Of a stretch of DNA of 64,000 bases, positions 53,085 through 62,176 are shown one piece after another. The notes under the pieces were generated by a model, which had not been told where the DNA came from, searched no databases, and saw nothing but the letters and a program-made list of their open reading frames with translations. How positions within the stretch are numbered: the stretch's first letter is position 1; each line of letters starts with the position of its first letter. The stretch is from Planctomycetota bacterium (GTDB lineage Bacteria > Planctomycetota > UBA1135 > UBA2386), in NCBI GenBank assembly GCA_965223545.1, contig OZ245006.1, positions 416,001-480,000 of the forward strand. The letters run 5' to 3'. A program made the position numbers and the translations under genes.

Positions 53085-54018
53085 CACTTCCGTACCGGTC
53101 GCCCTCTTGGGCCCCCAGCGCCACGCGCCCGACCTGCGCGATGCGATCGACGCGGCCGGCATCAGTGGCAAGCTCGCGGTGGTGACCGCCGGCTGGGAAG
53201 AGCGCGAAGACGAGGACCTCGAGCTGGGTCAACATCTGGGCGGTCGCGCCGTCAACCTCGGCGTATTCGCCCGCGCCGAACGCATCTACGAGCGCGACCA
53301 CGAGCTGCGCGACGCGGTCATCGCGCGCCACGAGCAGCTCGACGCGCTGCAGCGCTTGTATCGGCTGCGCCTGGCGCACGCGCTGTCGGCGGCGCGCGAG
53401 CTGCTCGCGCTGCCGGGCGACGACGCGGCGCTCGAGGCCGAGCGCGACGACGCGATCGCCGCGGTTCGCCAGCTGGACCAGCGCCACGGCGCGCGCGTGG
53501 CCGAGGTGCACGACGAGTTCGAGCAGCGCCTGCGCACCGCCGAGCGGGACCACGTGATCGCCGCCCGCGCCGAGATCGCCGAGCGAATGGCCGGCACCGA
53601 AGCGCTGTGCATCGCCGGCGGTCACGTCGGGGTGCTGCACAACCGGATGCGACTGCTGGACGTCACCGGCCTCGCCGGCCACCGCCCGGTGTTCGCCTGG
53701 TCGGCGGGGGCGATGCTGCTCACCGAGCACATCGTGCTGTTCCACGACAGCCCGCCGCAGGGCGCCGGAGACGCCGAGGTGCTCACCGCGGGCTTCGGCA
53801 CGGCTCCCGGTGTCGTCGTCCTGCCACACGCACGCCACCGGCTGCGCGTCGAGGACCGCACCCGCGTCGCGTTGATGGCACGCCGGTTCGCGCCCGCCCT
53901 GTGCGTCGCGTTCGACGGCGGCGCGCGCCTGCAGCGCAGCGGCGATGGATGGCGGGCATCCACGGGAACCCGCCGACTGTGCGCCGACGGCACCCTGACC
54001 GAGGTCGAGGCCGCGTGA
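53074..54018 (+). CDS. Peptidase S51-like / type 1 glutamine amidotransferase-like protein
   Basis: IAGGH, WSAGAM serine elbow, VLPH. Confidence 0.7.
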   Translation: MQADTSVPVALLGPQRHAPDLRDAIDAAGISGKLAVVTAGWEEREDEDLELGQHLGGRAVNLGVFARAERIYERDHELRDAVIARHEQLDALQRLYRLRLAHALSAARELLALPGDDAALEAERDDAIAAVRQLDQRHGARVAEVHDEFEQRLRTAERDHVIAARAEIAERMAGTEALCIAGGHVGVLHNRMRLLDVTGLAGHRPVFAWSAGAMLLTEHIVLFHDSPPQGAGDAEVLTAGFGTAPGVVVLPHARHRLRVEDRTRVALMARRFAPALCVAFDGGARLQRSGDGWRASTGTRRLCADGTLTEVEAA

Positions 54019-55151
54019 TGCTGGCGATCCACGCCCTGGAGCAGAACGGCAGCGCCTCCCGCGAAGCCGTCGACGCGTTTCTCGCCGATCACCAGTTCCC
54101 GCTGGTCGAGGGCCGCCAGGCGACCTTCGTCTACCGCGGCGAAGCAGACGCGGTCTACCTGCAGCACTGGATCTACGGCTTGCCGCAGGAGCAGCCGTTC
54201 CAACGGCTGGCGGGCTCCGACCTCTGGTTCCACGTCATGGAGCTGCCCGAGCGCTCTCGCGTGGAGTACAAGCTGCGGGTCGAACGCGGGCCCCACCGCC
54301 AGCTGGTGCAGGACGCCCTCAATCCGCACCACGCCCGCGATCCGTACGGCGCCAACTCGGTGGTGCACGGCGCCGGCTACGAGATCCCGGACTGGGTCGA
54401 GCCGGCCGGCGATGTCCGCGAGGGCACGATCGAGCAGCGCCGCTTGATGAGCCGCGCGCTGGGCGAGGCCAGGCCGGTATCGGTCTACTTGCCGGCCCGC
54501 TTCCGGCAGACGCGGCACTACCCGCTGTTGGTAGTGCACGACGGCGACGACTTCCTGCGCTTCACCGGGTTGAAGACCGTGCTCGACAACCTGATCCATC
54601 GGCTGGAGATCCCGCCGATGGTGGTCGCCCTCACCCAATCCTCCAACCGACTGCACGAGTACGCGGCCGACGACCGGCATGCGGCGTTCTTGGTCGAGGA
54701 CCTGGTGCCGACGCTCGAAGAGCACTACCCGCTGCAGGCCCATCCCGCCGGGCGCGGGCTGCTCGGCGCCAGTTTCGGCGCGGTGGCTTCGCTGCACGCG
54801 GCGTGGCGCCACCAGGGCTTCTTCGGCAACCTGTTGCTGCAATCCGGCTCGTTCGCGTTCACCGACATCGGCGAGCACGACCGCGGCCCTGTGTTCGATC
54901 CGGTCGTCCGCTGGGTCAACGAGTTTCGCGAGAGCCCCGGCCGGCCCGCCGACCAGGCCTACCTGAGCTGCGGCACCTACGAGTCGCTGATCTACTACAA
55001 CCGCTCGCTGCTCCCCGTGCTGCAGGACACCGGAATGAACGTGCGCTACAACGAGTCGCGCGACGGGCACAACTGGGAGAACTGGCGCGATCGACTGCGA
55101 GAGGGGCTCTCGTGGTTGTTCCCCGGACCGCTTTGGATGGTCTACGAGTAG
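54018..55151 (+). CDS. Enterochelin-esterase-like alpha/beta hydrolase with N-terminal Ig-like (CBM48/E-set-like) domain
   Basis: TFVYRG...DLW...RVEYKL...DALNP; VYLP, YPLLVVHDG, GASFG, GHNWENW. Confidence 0.85.
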   Translation: MLAIHALEQNGSASREAVDAFLADHQFPLVEGRQATFVYRGEADAVYLQHWIYGLPQEQPFQRLAGSDLWFHVMELPERSRVEYKLRVERGPHRQLVQDALNPHHARDPYGANSVVHGAGYEIPDWVEPAGDVREGTIEQRRLMSRALGEARPVSVYLPARFRQTRHYPLLVVHDGDDFLRFTGLKTVLDNLIHRLEIPPMVVALTQSSNRLHEYAADDRHAAFLVEDLVPTLEEHYPLQAHPAGRGLLGASFGAVASLHAAWRHQGFFGNLLLQSGSFAFTDIGEHDRGPVFDPVVRWVNEFRESPGRPADQAYLSCGTYESLIYYNRSLLPVLQDTGMNVRYNESRDGHNWENWRDRLREGLSWLFPGPLWMVYE

Positions 55152-55163
55152 AGGAGTCGCATC

Positions 55164-56402
55164 GTGGCCACCGTCACCCGCAGGATCGGACTGTCGCTGG
55201 GGGCCGACATCTGTTGGCCCATCTGCTACGAGGACATCGTCTCGGAGCTCGACCTGTCGCTGCCGATCGGCGGCGACACCGTGCGCTTCGAGGTCGAGCG
55301 CGTGCACATCGAGCCGTTCAGCTTGAGCGCACCGGCGCGCTACGACGTGGTTCTCGACCGCCTCACGCACTGGTACCACACCAGCCGCGAGTGGATCAAG
55401 AAGGCGGTGATCATGGACGACGTCTACGTCCTCAACAATCCGTGGTCGGTGCAGTCGATGGAGAAGCAAACCAGCTACTGCGCGATGATGCGGCTGGGCT
55501 TGCCGATCCCCGCCACTTGGCTGGTGCCGCCCAAGGAGTACGACGAGCGCCCCGACCTCAAGGCGACGCTGGACAGCTACGCGGTGCTGTTCGATCTCGA
55601 CCGGATCGGCGAGTCCGTCGGCTACCCGCTGTTCATGAAGCCCTACGACGGCGGCGGCTGGGTCGGCGTCAACAAGATCGATGACGCCGAAGAGCTGGCC
55701 CAACGCTACGACGAGAGCGGCAAGTTCGTCATGCACTTGCAGGCGGGAGTCGTGCCGTTCGAGCGCTTCGTCCGCTGCATCGGTCTGGGGCCTCAGGTCA
55801 AGATCGTCGACTACGACCCCTCCGCCGCGCTGCACGAGCGCTATCGAGCCGAGCTCGACCCGGTCGACGGCGAGGACCGCGCCGTGTTGGAGGACATGGT
55901 GCTGACCATCAACGCGTTCTTCGGCTGGGACTTCAACTCGTGCGAGTCCCTGCTGCGCGATGGCGTCTGGCATCCGATCGACTTCGCCAACCCGTGCCCG
56001 GACAGCCAGGTCAACTCGCTGCACATTCACTTCCCCTGGGTGGTCCTCGCCAACATCCGCTGGTCGCTGTTCTGCGCGGCCACCAAGCGGCCCATGCGGC
56101 AGAACCTGGACTGGCAGCCGTTCTACGACATCGCCGCCAAGGGGCTGCCCTATCGCGAGGCGTTGGCGGAGTACGCGGCGGTCGCGCGCCAGCGCTTCGA
56201 CGCCGATCGGTTCGCCGAGTTCTGCGCCGAGCACCTCTCCGACCTCGACCGCGTGGCGCACCAGTACTTCGGCGACGACCGCGCGCGCCAAGCGGTGGCG
56301 AAGAAGGTCGCCGCGGTGTTCCCCGAGCACGAGTGGGACGAGTACACCGAGCGCTTCTGGCAGTCGATCCAGCAGTGGCGGCGCACCGTCGCCGATTCCT
56401 GA
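55164..56402 (+). CDS. ATP-grasp protein, RimK/glutathione synthetase-like
   Basis: GLPIPATWLVP, GYPLFMKPYDGGGW, HLQ, IDFANPCPD. Confidence 0.8.
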   Translation: MATVTRRIGLSLGADICWPICYEDIVSELDLSLPIGGDTVRFEVERVHIEPFSLSAPARYDVVLDRLTHWYHTSREWIKKAVIMDDVYVLNNPWSVQSMEKQTSYCAMMRLGLPIPATWLVPPKEYDERPDLKATLDSYAVLFDLDRIGESVGYPLFMKPYDGGGWVGVNKIDDAEELAQRYDESGKFVMHLQAGVVPFERFVRCIGLGPQVKIVDYDPSAALHERYRAELDPVDGEDRAVLEDMVLTINAFFGWDFNSCESLLRDGVWHPIDFANPCPDSQVNSLHIHFPWVVLANIRWSLFCAATKRPMRQNLDWQPFYDIAAKGLPYREALAEYAAVARQRFDADRFAEFCAEHLSDLDRVAHQYFGDDRARQAVAKKVAAVFPEHEWDEYTERFWQSIQQWRRTVADS

Positions 56403-56427
56403 CCACGATCCCCGCACGCTTCACCCA

Positions 56428-57195
56428 ATGTCCAAGCAGTCCTCCACCTGGCACTCACCGCGCCTCAACCGCGAAATCCAGCTGGTGCGCTGGGGTGAGG
56501 TCGGCACGCCGGTGCTGATCTTCCCCACCGCCGGTGGAGATGCCGAGGAATGCGAGCGCATGCACATGATCGACGCGCTCGGCGACCTGCTCGCCGAGGG
56601 TCTGATCAAGGCCTACTCGGTGGACAGCATCGCCGGCCGCTCGTGGCTCGACGAAGACAACTCGACCGCTGGCGGGGCGCGCATGCAGGAGCGCTTCGAT
56701 GCGTGCATCTATCACGAGGTCCTGCCCGCGATTCGCCTGGACTGCAACGCCGACGACATCGAGGTCATCGCCACCGGAGCCTCGATCGGCGCCTACAACG
56801 CGCTGGCTGGGGCGACGCGGCATCCGGACGTGTTTCGCGGCGCGATCTGCATGAGCGGCACCTACACGCTGCAGAAGTTTCTCGACGGCCCGCTCACCGA
56901 CGCACTGCACGCGGTCTCGCCGCTGCACTTCGTGCCGGAGCTCGCCGAGGACAGCGATCAGCTGGCGCTGCTGCGCCAGCGGTGGTTCACCCTCGCGCAC
57001 GGCGAGGGGCGCTACGAGGAGCCGGCGCAGTCCTGGGCCGTCGCCAACGCGCTGGGCAACCGCGGCATCCCCAATCGCGTCGAGCCCTGGGGCGAAGACT
57101 GGCACCACGACTGGGTCACCTGGCGCGCCATGCTGCCGACCTTCCTCCGCGAGTTCCCCCTGTCGGCGGACACGCCGGACGCGAACGAGTCGTAG
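56428..57195 (+). CDS. Putative esterase (alpha/beta hydrolase)
   Basis: WHSPRLNRE, PVLIFPT, GASIGA, MSGTY, HHDWVTW. Confidence 0.88.
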   Translation: MSKQSSTWHSPRLNREIQLVRWGEVGTPVLIFPTAGGDAEECERMHMIDALGDLLAEGLIKAYSVDSIAGRSWLDEDNSTAGGARMQERFDACIYHEVLPAIRLDCNADDIEVIATGASIGAYNALAGATRHPDVFRGAICMSGTYTLQKFLDGPLTDALHAVSPLHFVPELAEDSDQLALLRQRWFTLAHGEGRYEEPAQSWAVANALGNRGIPNRVEPWGEDWHHDWVTWRAMLPTFLREFPLSADTPDANES

Positions 57196-57226
57196 CGACG
57201 CGCCGGCGGCGCGCTATGCTGCCGCG

Positions 57227-57574
57227 ATGGCCGCCAAGATCTCCTGGTACTACCACCGCAAGGGTTGAACGAGCTGCGGCCGCGCCGACGATTACCTCGC
57301 CGAGCGCGGCATCACCACCGGGACGGTGGTGAACGCAGCCAAAGAGCACATCTCGCCCGATGAGGCCGTCGAGCTCGTCCGCGAGCACCGCAAGCTCATC
57401 GTCGCCAAGGGCAAGAAGGTCCTGCACTTCGACGTCGCCGCCGAGGAAGAGGACACCGCCATCCTCAAGGCGATCATCGGCCCCTCGGGCCGCCTGCGCG
57501 CGCCGACGTTCAAGCGCGGCAAGACGCTCGTCGTCGGCTTCCACGCCGACGCCTACGACGAAGTTCTCGGCTGA
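57227..57574 (+). CDS. ArsC/Spx-like thioredoxin-fold selenoprotein (UGA at codon 14)
   Basis: MAAKISWYYHRKG-[TGA 57266-57268]-TSCGRA continues in frame into the 57326 ORF; UxxC motif; GPSGRLRAPT...LVVGF. Confidence 0.85.
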
Positions 57575-57658
57575 TCGGGCGGCACGTCCCCTCGACGATT
57601 ACTCACGCCAAAGCCGCGCTGGGTGCCAAGAACATCGTGGAGCTGAACGCCATTGCGC

Positions 57659-59311
57659 TCAGGGGTCGACCACTTGCACTTTGGCGTGGGTCACCTTGAA
57701 TCCAAGCCGGCGCAACGCACGGCAAGTCTTGCGCAAGTTTACCTTGCTGAAGAACGGCATGTCTCGGACTTGCCTTGCCCCCCACTCAGCAACGATCGCG
57801 AATACGACTTCGAAGTCGTTTGCGGCGAGATCATCGGAAAACAGGGCTCGGAACGCGGCGTTGGAGCTGCCAATCTTCTTTCTGACCGCCTTGCGGAACT
57901 CCAGGGAATCGACCATCAACTCCGAAGACACGTAGCCTTGAGAGAACAGGTGACTCAAGGATGAGGACGAGAGCTTGCGCTTGACGTGCACGAGAGCGCC
58001 TTGCACCGACAAGACATCGCAGATCTCGACGGGACTGGTCTTCCCGGGGATCGTCACGGTTTCCTTGTCGAGCAGCAGGTAGTCATCGCTCGAGTCAGCT
58101 GCCTGCGTGTTGTAGGCCCCCTCGTCAATCTCTTTGAGCTTCCCGTTCTTCATGACCCGCGCCGAATCGGGAAGAGCTACGCCCGAAGCAGCGATGCCGT
58201 CCATGAACTTGTCAAGAGCTTCGAGGTAGTCAGGCTCGATCACGAAGAACTCACCTCCCTCGAGAAGGTAGGTTTCTCCGTCGTGCTCGATCTCACCGTC
58301 TAGCACCTGTTGCAGTGACCAACTACCGACAACGTCGCCACTATCGTCACGACCCTGAATCTCGCCACGTGCAAGAATGTCTCGCGTGAGTTCGAGCCCC
58401 TCGTCGGCCAGTGCACTGAGGATCTCATCGATCGTGGGCTCTGAAGTCGCGAAGGACTCGACTCCAGGCAGCTGCACGCGGTAATCGGTGACCCTGTCGA
58501 AGTCGATCAGTCCTGGCGGTGCGAACCGCCACTGCCCCGGGTTGCCCTCGATGTCCTGCAGGATTCCGTCCGTAAGAGCATCCACCTGCGACGAACTAGT
58601 GATCGGTCGTATGTCATCGACGAACCCGAAGCGACGCTGATAGTCCTTCTTCTCGTGTGCGCTCGCGAGCAGTCGACACAGCTTGCCAACCTCGACAAAC
58701 GTCGAGCGGCGCATGATTCGGAGACTGCCGCCACCCTTGATCTGGCTCCCAAGAGCACTCTCGTCCGCCAGCTTCCCCACAATCGAACTCAACTGATCCG
58801 CCTCGGTGTCGTGACCAAAGGCGTCGAAGTCGGCACCGCGGTTGGCCTGTCGAAGCGTGCGAAAAGTGTTCGCCGCCACAGTCCGAGTCTCCACTTGCCG
58901 AACTCGGTCATTGGAGTCAGCGTCCGCGTAGATGCTGTTCAAGGCAGTTCGCAGAGCCCAACTCGAGTCCGTTGCTCCTCGCCGCAGTTGGAATCGGCCA
59001 GCTCCGAACGTCATCACGAAGAAGCGCTCCTTGCGGAAGAAGACGTTGATCGCGACCAAGGCTCGACTCTGAGCCGTATCTGGCACCGTCAGGTTGTCGC
59101 CGAAGCCATCCTGCAGGAACGCAAGCCACGACGGCGGACGTGCTACACCCGGCCAGAGATAGAGACGCGCTGACCAGTCCCTGCCGTCTTCATCGACTCC
59201 CTCGAAATCCACCATGTTTGCCGTGAGGATCTTCGTGGGATCAACGAGATCGTCAAAAGCCGCCACAGAGTCATTTGCCGCGTAAAGAGTAATCGCGCTG
59301 ATGTCGGACAT
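57659..59311 (-). CDS. TIGR04141/DUF6119-like sporadically distributed protein
   Basis: TFGAGR, EGAYN, LLDK, EICDVL, VHVKR, SSSLSHLFSQG, MPFFSKVNL; AGGAG RBS; visibly lower GC. Confidence 0.8.
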   Translation of the reverse strand: MSDISAITLYAANDSVAAFDDLVDPTKILTANMVDFEGVDEDGRDWSARLYLWPGVARPPSWLAFLQDGFGDNLTVPDTAQSRALVAINVFFRKERFFVMTFGAGRFQLRRGATDSSWALRTALNSIYADADSNDRVRQVETRTVAANTFRTLRQANRGADFDAFGHDTEADQLSSIVGKLADESALGSQIKGGGSLRIMRRSTFVEVGKLCRLLASAHEKKDYQRRFGFVDDIRPITSSSQVDALTDGILQDIEGNPGQWRFAPPGLIDFDRVTDYRVQLPGVESFATSEPTIDEILSALADEGLELTRDILARGEIQGRDDSGDVVGSWSLQQVLDGEIEHDGETYLLEGGEFFVIEPDYLEALDKFMDGIAASGVALPDSARVMKNGKLKEIDEGAYNTQAADSSDDYLLLDKETVTIPGKTSPVEICDVLSVQGALVHVKRKLSSSSLSHLFSQGYVSSELMVDSLEFRKAVRKKIGSSNAAFRALFSDDLAANDFEVVFAIVAEWGARQVRDMPFFSKVNLRKTCRALRRLGFKVTHAKVQVVDP

Positions 59312-59357
59312 GGTTTCTCCTAACGGGCGAGTCTAACGTATGTGTCGGCTCGGCCGC

Positions 59358-60236
59358 TCATTTCGCGCCAAACAGCTCGAACGGCGCATCGCCCCCGGCG
59401 AACAGCAAGTCGGCGGCAGCGGCGACGTCCCGGGCAGTGTAGCCCGGGCGCACCGCGAGCTCCTCGCCGAGGACCAGACGCACCTCGGCGATCCGACCAC
59501 CACCGACCAGCAGCGCGCGACCCGTGCGCCCGGCCGAGAGGTCGCTGACCATGTAGACCAGGGCCGGCGACACCATCTCGGGAGCGAAGCGGCGGCGCAC
59601 GGCGGCGTCCTGCATCGGCGGCAAGTCCTCGCTCATCCGCGTCGTCGCCAGCGGCACCAGCGCCCACGCGCGGATGTCGTGCTTGGCGCCTTCCAACGCC
59701 AGACTCTTGACGAGCCCGTACAGGCCGGCCTTGGCCGCCCCGTACGCGGTCTGGCCGAAGTTGCCGAACAGGCCGGAGGTCGAGCTGGTGTGCACGATCA
59801 CCGCGCCACAGCCGCGCGCGCGCGCGTGCCGGACGAACGGTCCGCTGACGTTGAAGCCCCCCTCGAGATGGACCGCGAGCACTGCATTCCGGTCGGCCTC
59901 GTCGAGCTTGTGCAAAGTCCGATCGCGCAGGATGCCCGCGTTGTGCACGAGGATGTCCGCGGCACCGAACGCGGCCACGGCGGCGCCGACGATCGCCTCG
60001 CCGCCGTCCACCGAGGCGACCGAGTCACTGTTGGCGACCGCGCGACCGCCGCGCGCCTCGATCGCGGCGACCACCGCCCGCGCCGGCCCATCGTCGCGGC
60101 CGCGGCCGCTGCGATCACCGCCGACGTCGTTGACCACCACCGCAGCCCCCTCGCCGGCCAGCGCCAGTGCATGCGCGCGCCCCAGACCCCCGCCGGCCCC
60201 GGTGACCACCGCGACCTTGCCGTCGAGCAGACCCAT
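59358..60236 (-). CDS. Short-chain dehydrogenase/reductase
   Basis: TGAGGGLG, HNAGILRD, YGAAK. Confidence 0.92.
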   Translation of the reverse strand: MGLLDGKVAVVTGAGGGLGRAHALALAGEGAAVVVNDVGGDRSGRGRDDGPARAVVAAIEARGGRAVANSDSVASVDGGEAIVGAAVAAFGAADILVHNAGILRDRTLHKLDEADRNAVLAVHLEGGFNVSGPFVRHARARGCGAVIVHTSSTSGLFGNFGQTAYGAAKAGLYGLVKSLALEGAKHDIRAWALVPLATTRMSEDLPPMQDAAVRRRFAPEMVSPALVYMVSDLSAGRTGRALLVGGGRIAEVRLVLGEELAVRPGYTARDVAAAADLLFAGGDAPFELFGAK

Positions 60237-60283
60237 ACCGACACGTTAGCGCGCAAAGGCGGCACCGCTACACTGGGCGCCGC

Positions 60284-60973
60284 TTGCCATTGCACGTTCC
60301 CCAAGCTCCCGACCTGTCGATTTCGCCGTTCGGCGCCGACGTGGTCTACTGCGTGCGCACCGCGGCGCAACCCCTTGACTACGAGCTGCACCCGGCCGAA
60401 GCCGAGCTGCTCACGCCGCGCGCCGTCGACAAACGGCGCCTCGAGTTTCGCCTCGGCCGCGCCGCGGCGCACCACGCGCTGCGTGCCCTGCTGGGCACCA
60501 CGCCGGGGCCGGTGGGTCGCGGCGCGTCGCGCGAGCCGCTCTGGCCGCCCGACACGGTGGGTGCGATCACGCACACCGCCGACACCGCCGCCGCCGCGGT
60601 CGCGCATGAGCGCCACCACGCCGGCATCGGCCTCGATCTCGAGGAGCGCAGCCGTCACCTCGGCGACGAGCTCGTGCCGCACATCTGCACCGAATCCGAA
60701 ACGCGCTGGGTCGGCACCGACGACGATGCCGCGCTGCGGCTGATGCTCCTGTTCTCGGCGAAGGAATCGGTGTTCAAGCTGTTCTACCCCAGAGAACAGG
60801 TCTTCCTGGGGTTTCACGACGCCGAGCTGCGCTGGCGCGACGACGCGCAGGCGTTCGACGCCCGCCTGCGCACCGCCGCGGGCGCCGCCTACCCCGCGGG
60901 CACCACCGTCAGGGTCGGCTGCCGCGTCAACGACGCGCACGTCATGACCTGGGCGGCCCTGCCGGGCAAGTGA
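60284..60973 (+). CDS. 4'-phosphopantetheinyl transferase (EntD/Sfp-like)
   Basis: KRRLEFRLGR, PLWP...GAITH, GLDLE, FSAKESVFK. Confidence 0.9.
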   Translation: MPLHVPQAPDLSISPFGADVVYCVRTAAQPLDYELHPAEAELLTPRAVDKRRLEFRLGRAAAHHALRALLGTTPGPVGRGASREPLWPPDTVGAITHTADTAAAAVAHERHHAGIGLDLEERSRHLGDELVPHICTESETRWVGTDDDAALRLMLLFSAKESVFKLFYPREQVFLGFHDAELRWRDDAQAFDARLRTAAGAAYPAGTTVRVGCRVNDAHVMTWAALPGK

Positions 60974-61027
60974 TCACCCGGCGGCTGCGGGTCCTCGCGC
61001 GGCGAAACCGTATGCTGCGCGCCTGCG

Positions 61028-62164
61028 ATGTGGATCTCGATGATCGCCGTGTGCGCGAGCACGCTCTTGCCACAGGATCCGCCGCGCCCGCGCGCGGCCG
61101 ACCTGGGCTTGTCGTTCGGCGACCTTCCGCGCGGGCCGCTGAACGCGATCACCGATGTCGCCGGCGTGCGGGTGGGCCACCACACGCTGCGCCGCGGCGA
61201 TGACGTCTGCACCGGCGTCACCGTCGTGCTGCCGCACGGCGACGACCCGTTCCAACACAAGGTGCCGGCCGCGATCGAGGTCTACAACGGCTACGGCAAG
61301 CTCACCGGCATCAGTCAGGTGCGCGAGCTCGGCGAGCTCGAGAGCCCGGTCGCGCTGACCAACACGCTCAACGTGCCCCGCGTCGCCGACGCGCTGCTCG
61401 GCTGGCTGCTCGAGCAGCCGGGCAACGAGCGGGTGCGCTCGGCCAACGTGGTGGTCGGCGAGACCAACGACGGCCGCCTCAACGACATCCGCGGCCGGCA
61501 CGTCGATGCGGTGCACGTGCGCGCGGCGCTCGACGCAGCCAGCGACGGACCGGTCGCCGAGGGGACGGTGGGCGCCGGCACCGGTACCGTCTGCTTCGGC
61601 TACAAGGGCGGCATCGGCACGGCGTCGCGCCGAGCCGCCGATTTCACGGTCGGCGTCCTCGTGCAGAGCAACTTCGGTGGAACCCTCACCATCGACGGTC
61701 GCGTCGTCGGCGCGGACGCCGCGGCCGACGACGACGCGGCACCCCGCGGCGAGGGAGCGCCCGACACGGGCGGCGACCGCGACGGCTCCTGCGTGATCGT
61801 GGTCGCCACCGACGCCCCGCTCGCCGCGCGCAACCTGGGCCGCTTGGCGCGCCGCGCGTTCGCCGGCATGGCCCGCACCGGCGCTTCGTTCAGCAACGGG
61901 AGCGGTGACTACGCCATCGCGTTCAGCACCGCCACAGCACTCCGCCGCACGCCGCGCGCCGCGCTCACCGGCGCCCCGGTGCTGAGCAACGCCGCGATGA
62001 CGCCGCTGTTCATCGCCGTCGCCGACGCCACCGAGGAAGCGATCGTGAATTCACTGCTGCAGGCGACGTCGGTGCGCACCCGCTACGGCAGCGCCGACGC
62101 GCTCGACCCCGCCGCGGTAGGAGCGCCACCCAGCGGCCCTGGGTTTCGCCGCCCCGGCCGATAA
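61028..62164 (+). CDS. DmpA-like aminopeptidase (peptidase S58/P1)
   Basis: NAITDVAGVRVGH, NGYGK, ETNDG, GAGTG, KGGIGTASR, NGSGD autocleavage motif. Confidence 0.92.
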   Translation: MWISMIAVCASTLLPQDPPRPRAADLGLSFGDLPRGPLNAITDVAGVRVGHHTLRRGDDVCTGVTVVLPHGDDPFQHKVPAAIEVYNGYGKLTGISQVRELGELESPVALTNTLNVPRVADALLGWLLEQPGNERVRSANVVVGETNDGRLNDIRGRHVDAVHVRAALDAASDGPVAEGTVGAGTGTVCFGYKGGIGTASRRAADFTVGVLVQSNFGGTLTIDGRVVGADAAADDDAAPRGEGAPDTGGDRDGSCVIVVATDAPLAARNLGRLARRAFAGMARTGASFSNGSGDYAIAFSTATALRRTPRAALTGAPVLSNAAMTPLFIAVADATEEAIVNSLLQATSVRTRYGSADALDPAAVGAPPSGPGFRRPGR

Positions 62165-62176
62165 GATCGGCGTTCG

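Noticed and set aside
53622..56417. 931 aa minus-strand ORF, and similar long overlapping ORFs throughout the window
   Set aside because: Shadow frames of well-supported genes on the opposite strand or in another frame
59312..59345. GTTAGAC and GTTAGGA on the minus strand just before the DUF6119-like gene, resembling integron core sites
   Set aside because: No RYYYAAC inverse core or attC hairpin after the stop codon, and no integrase in the window
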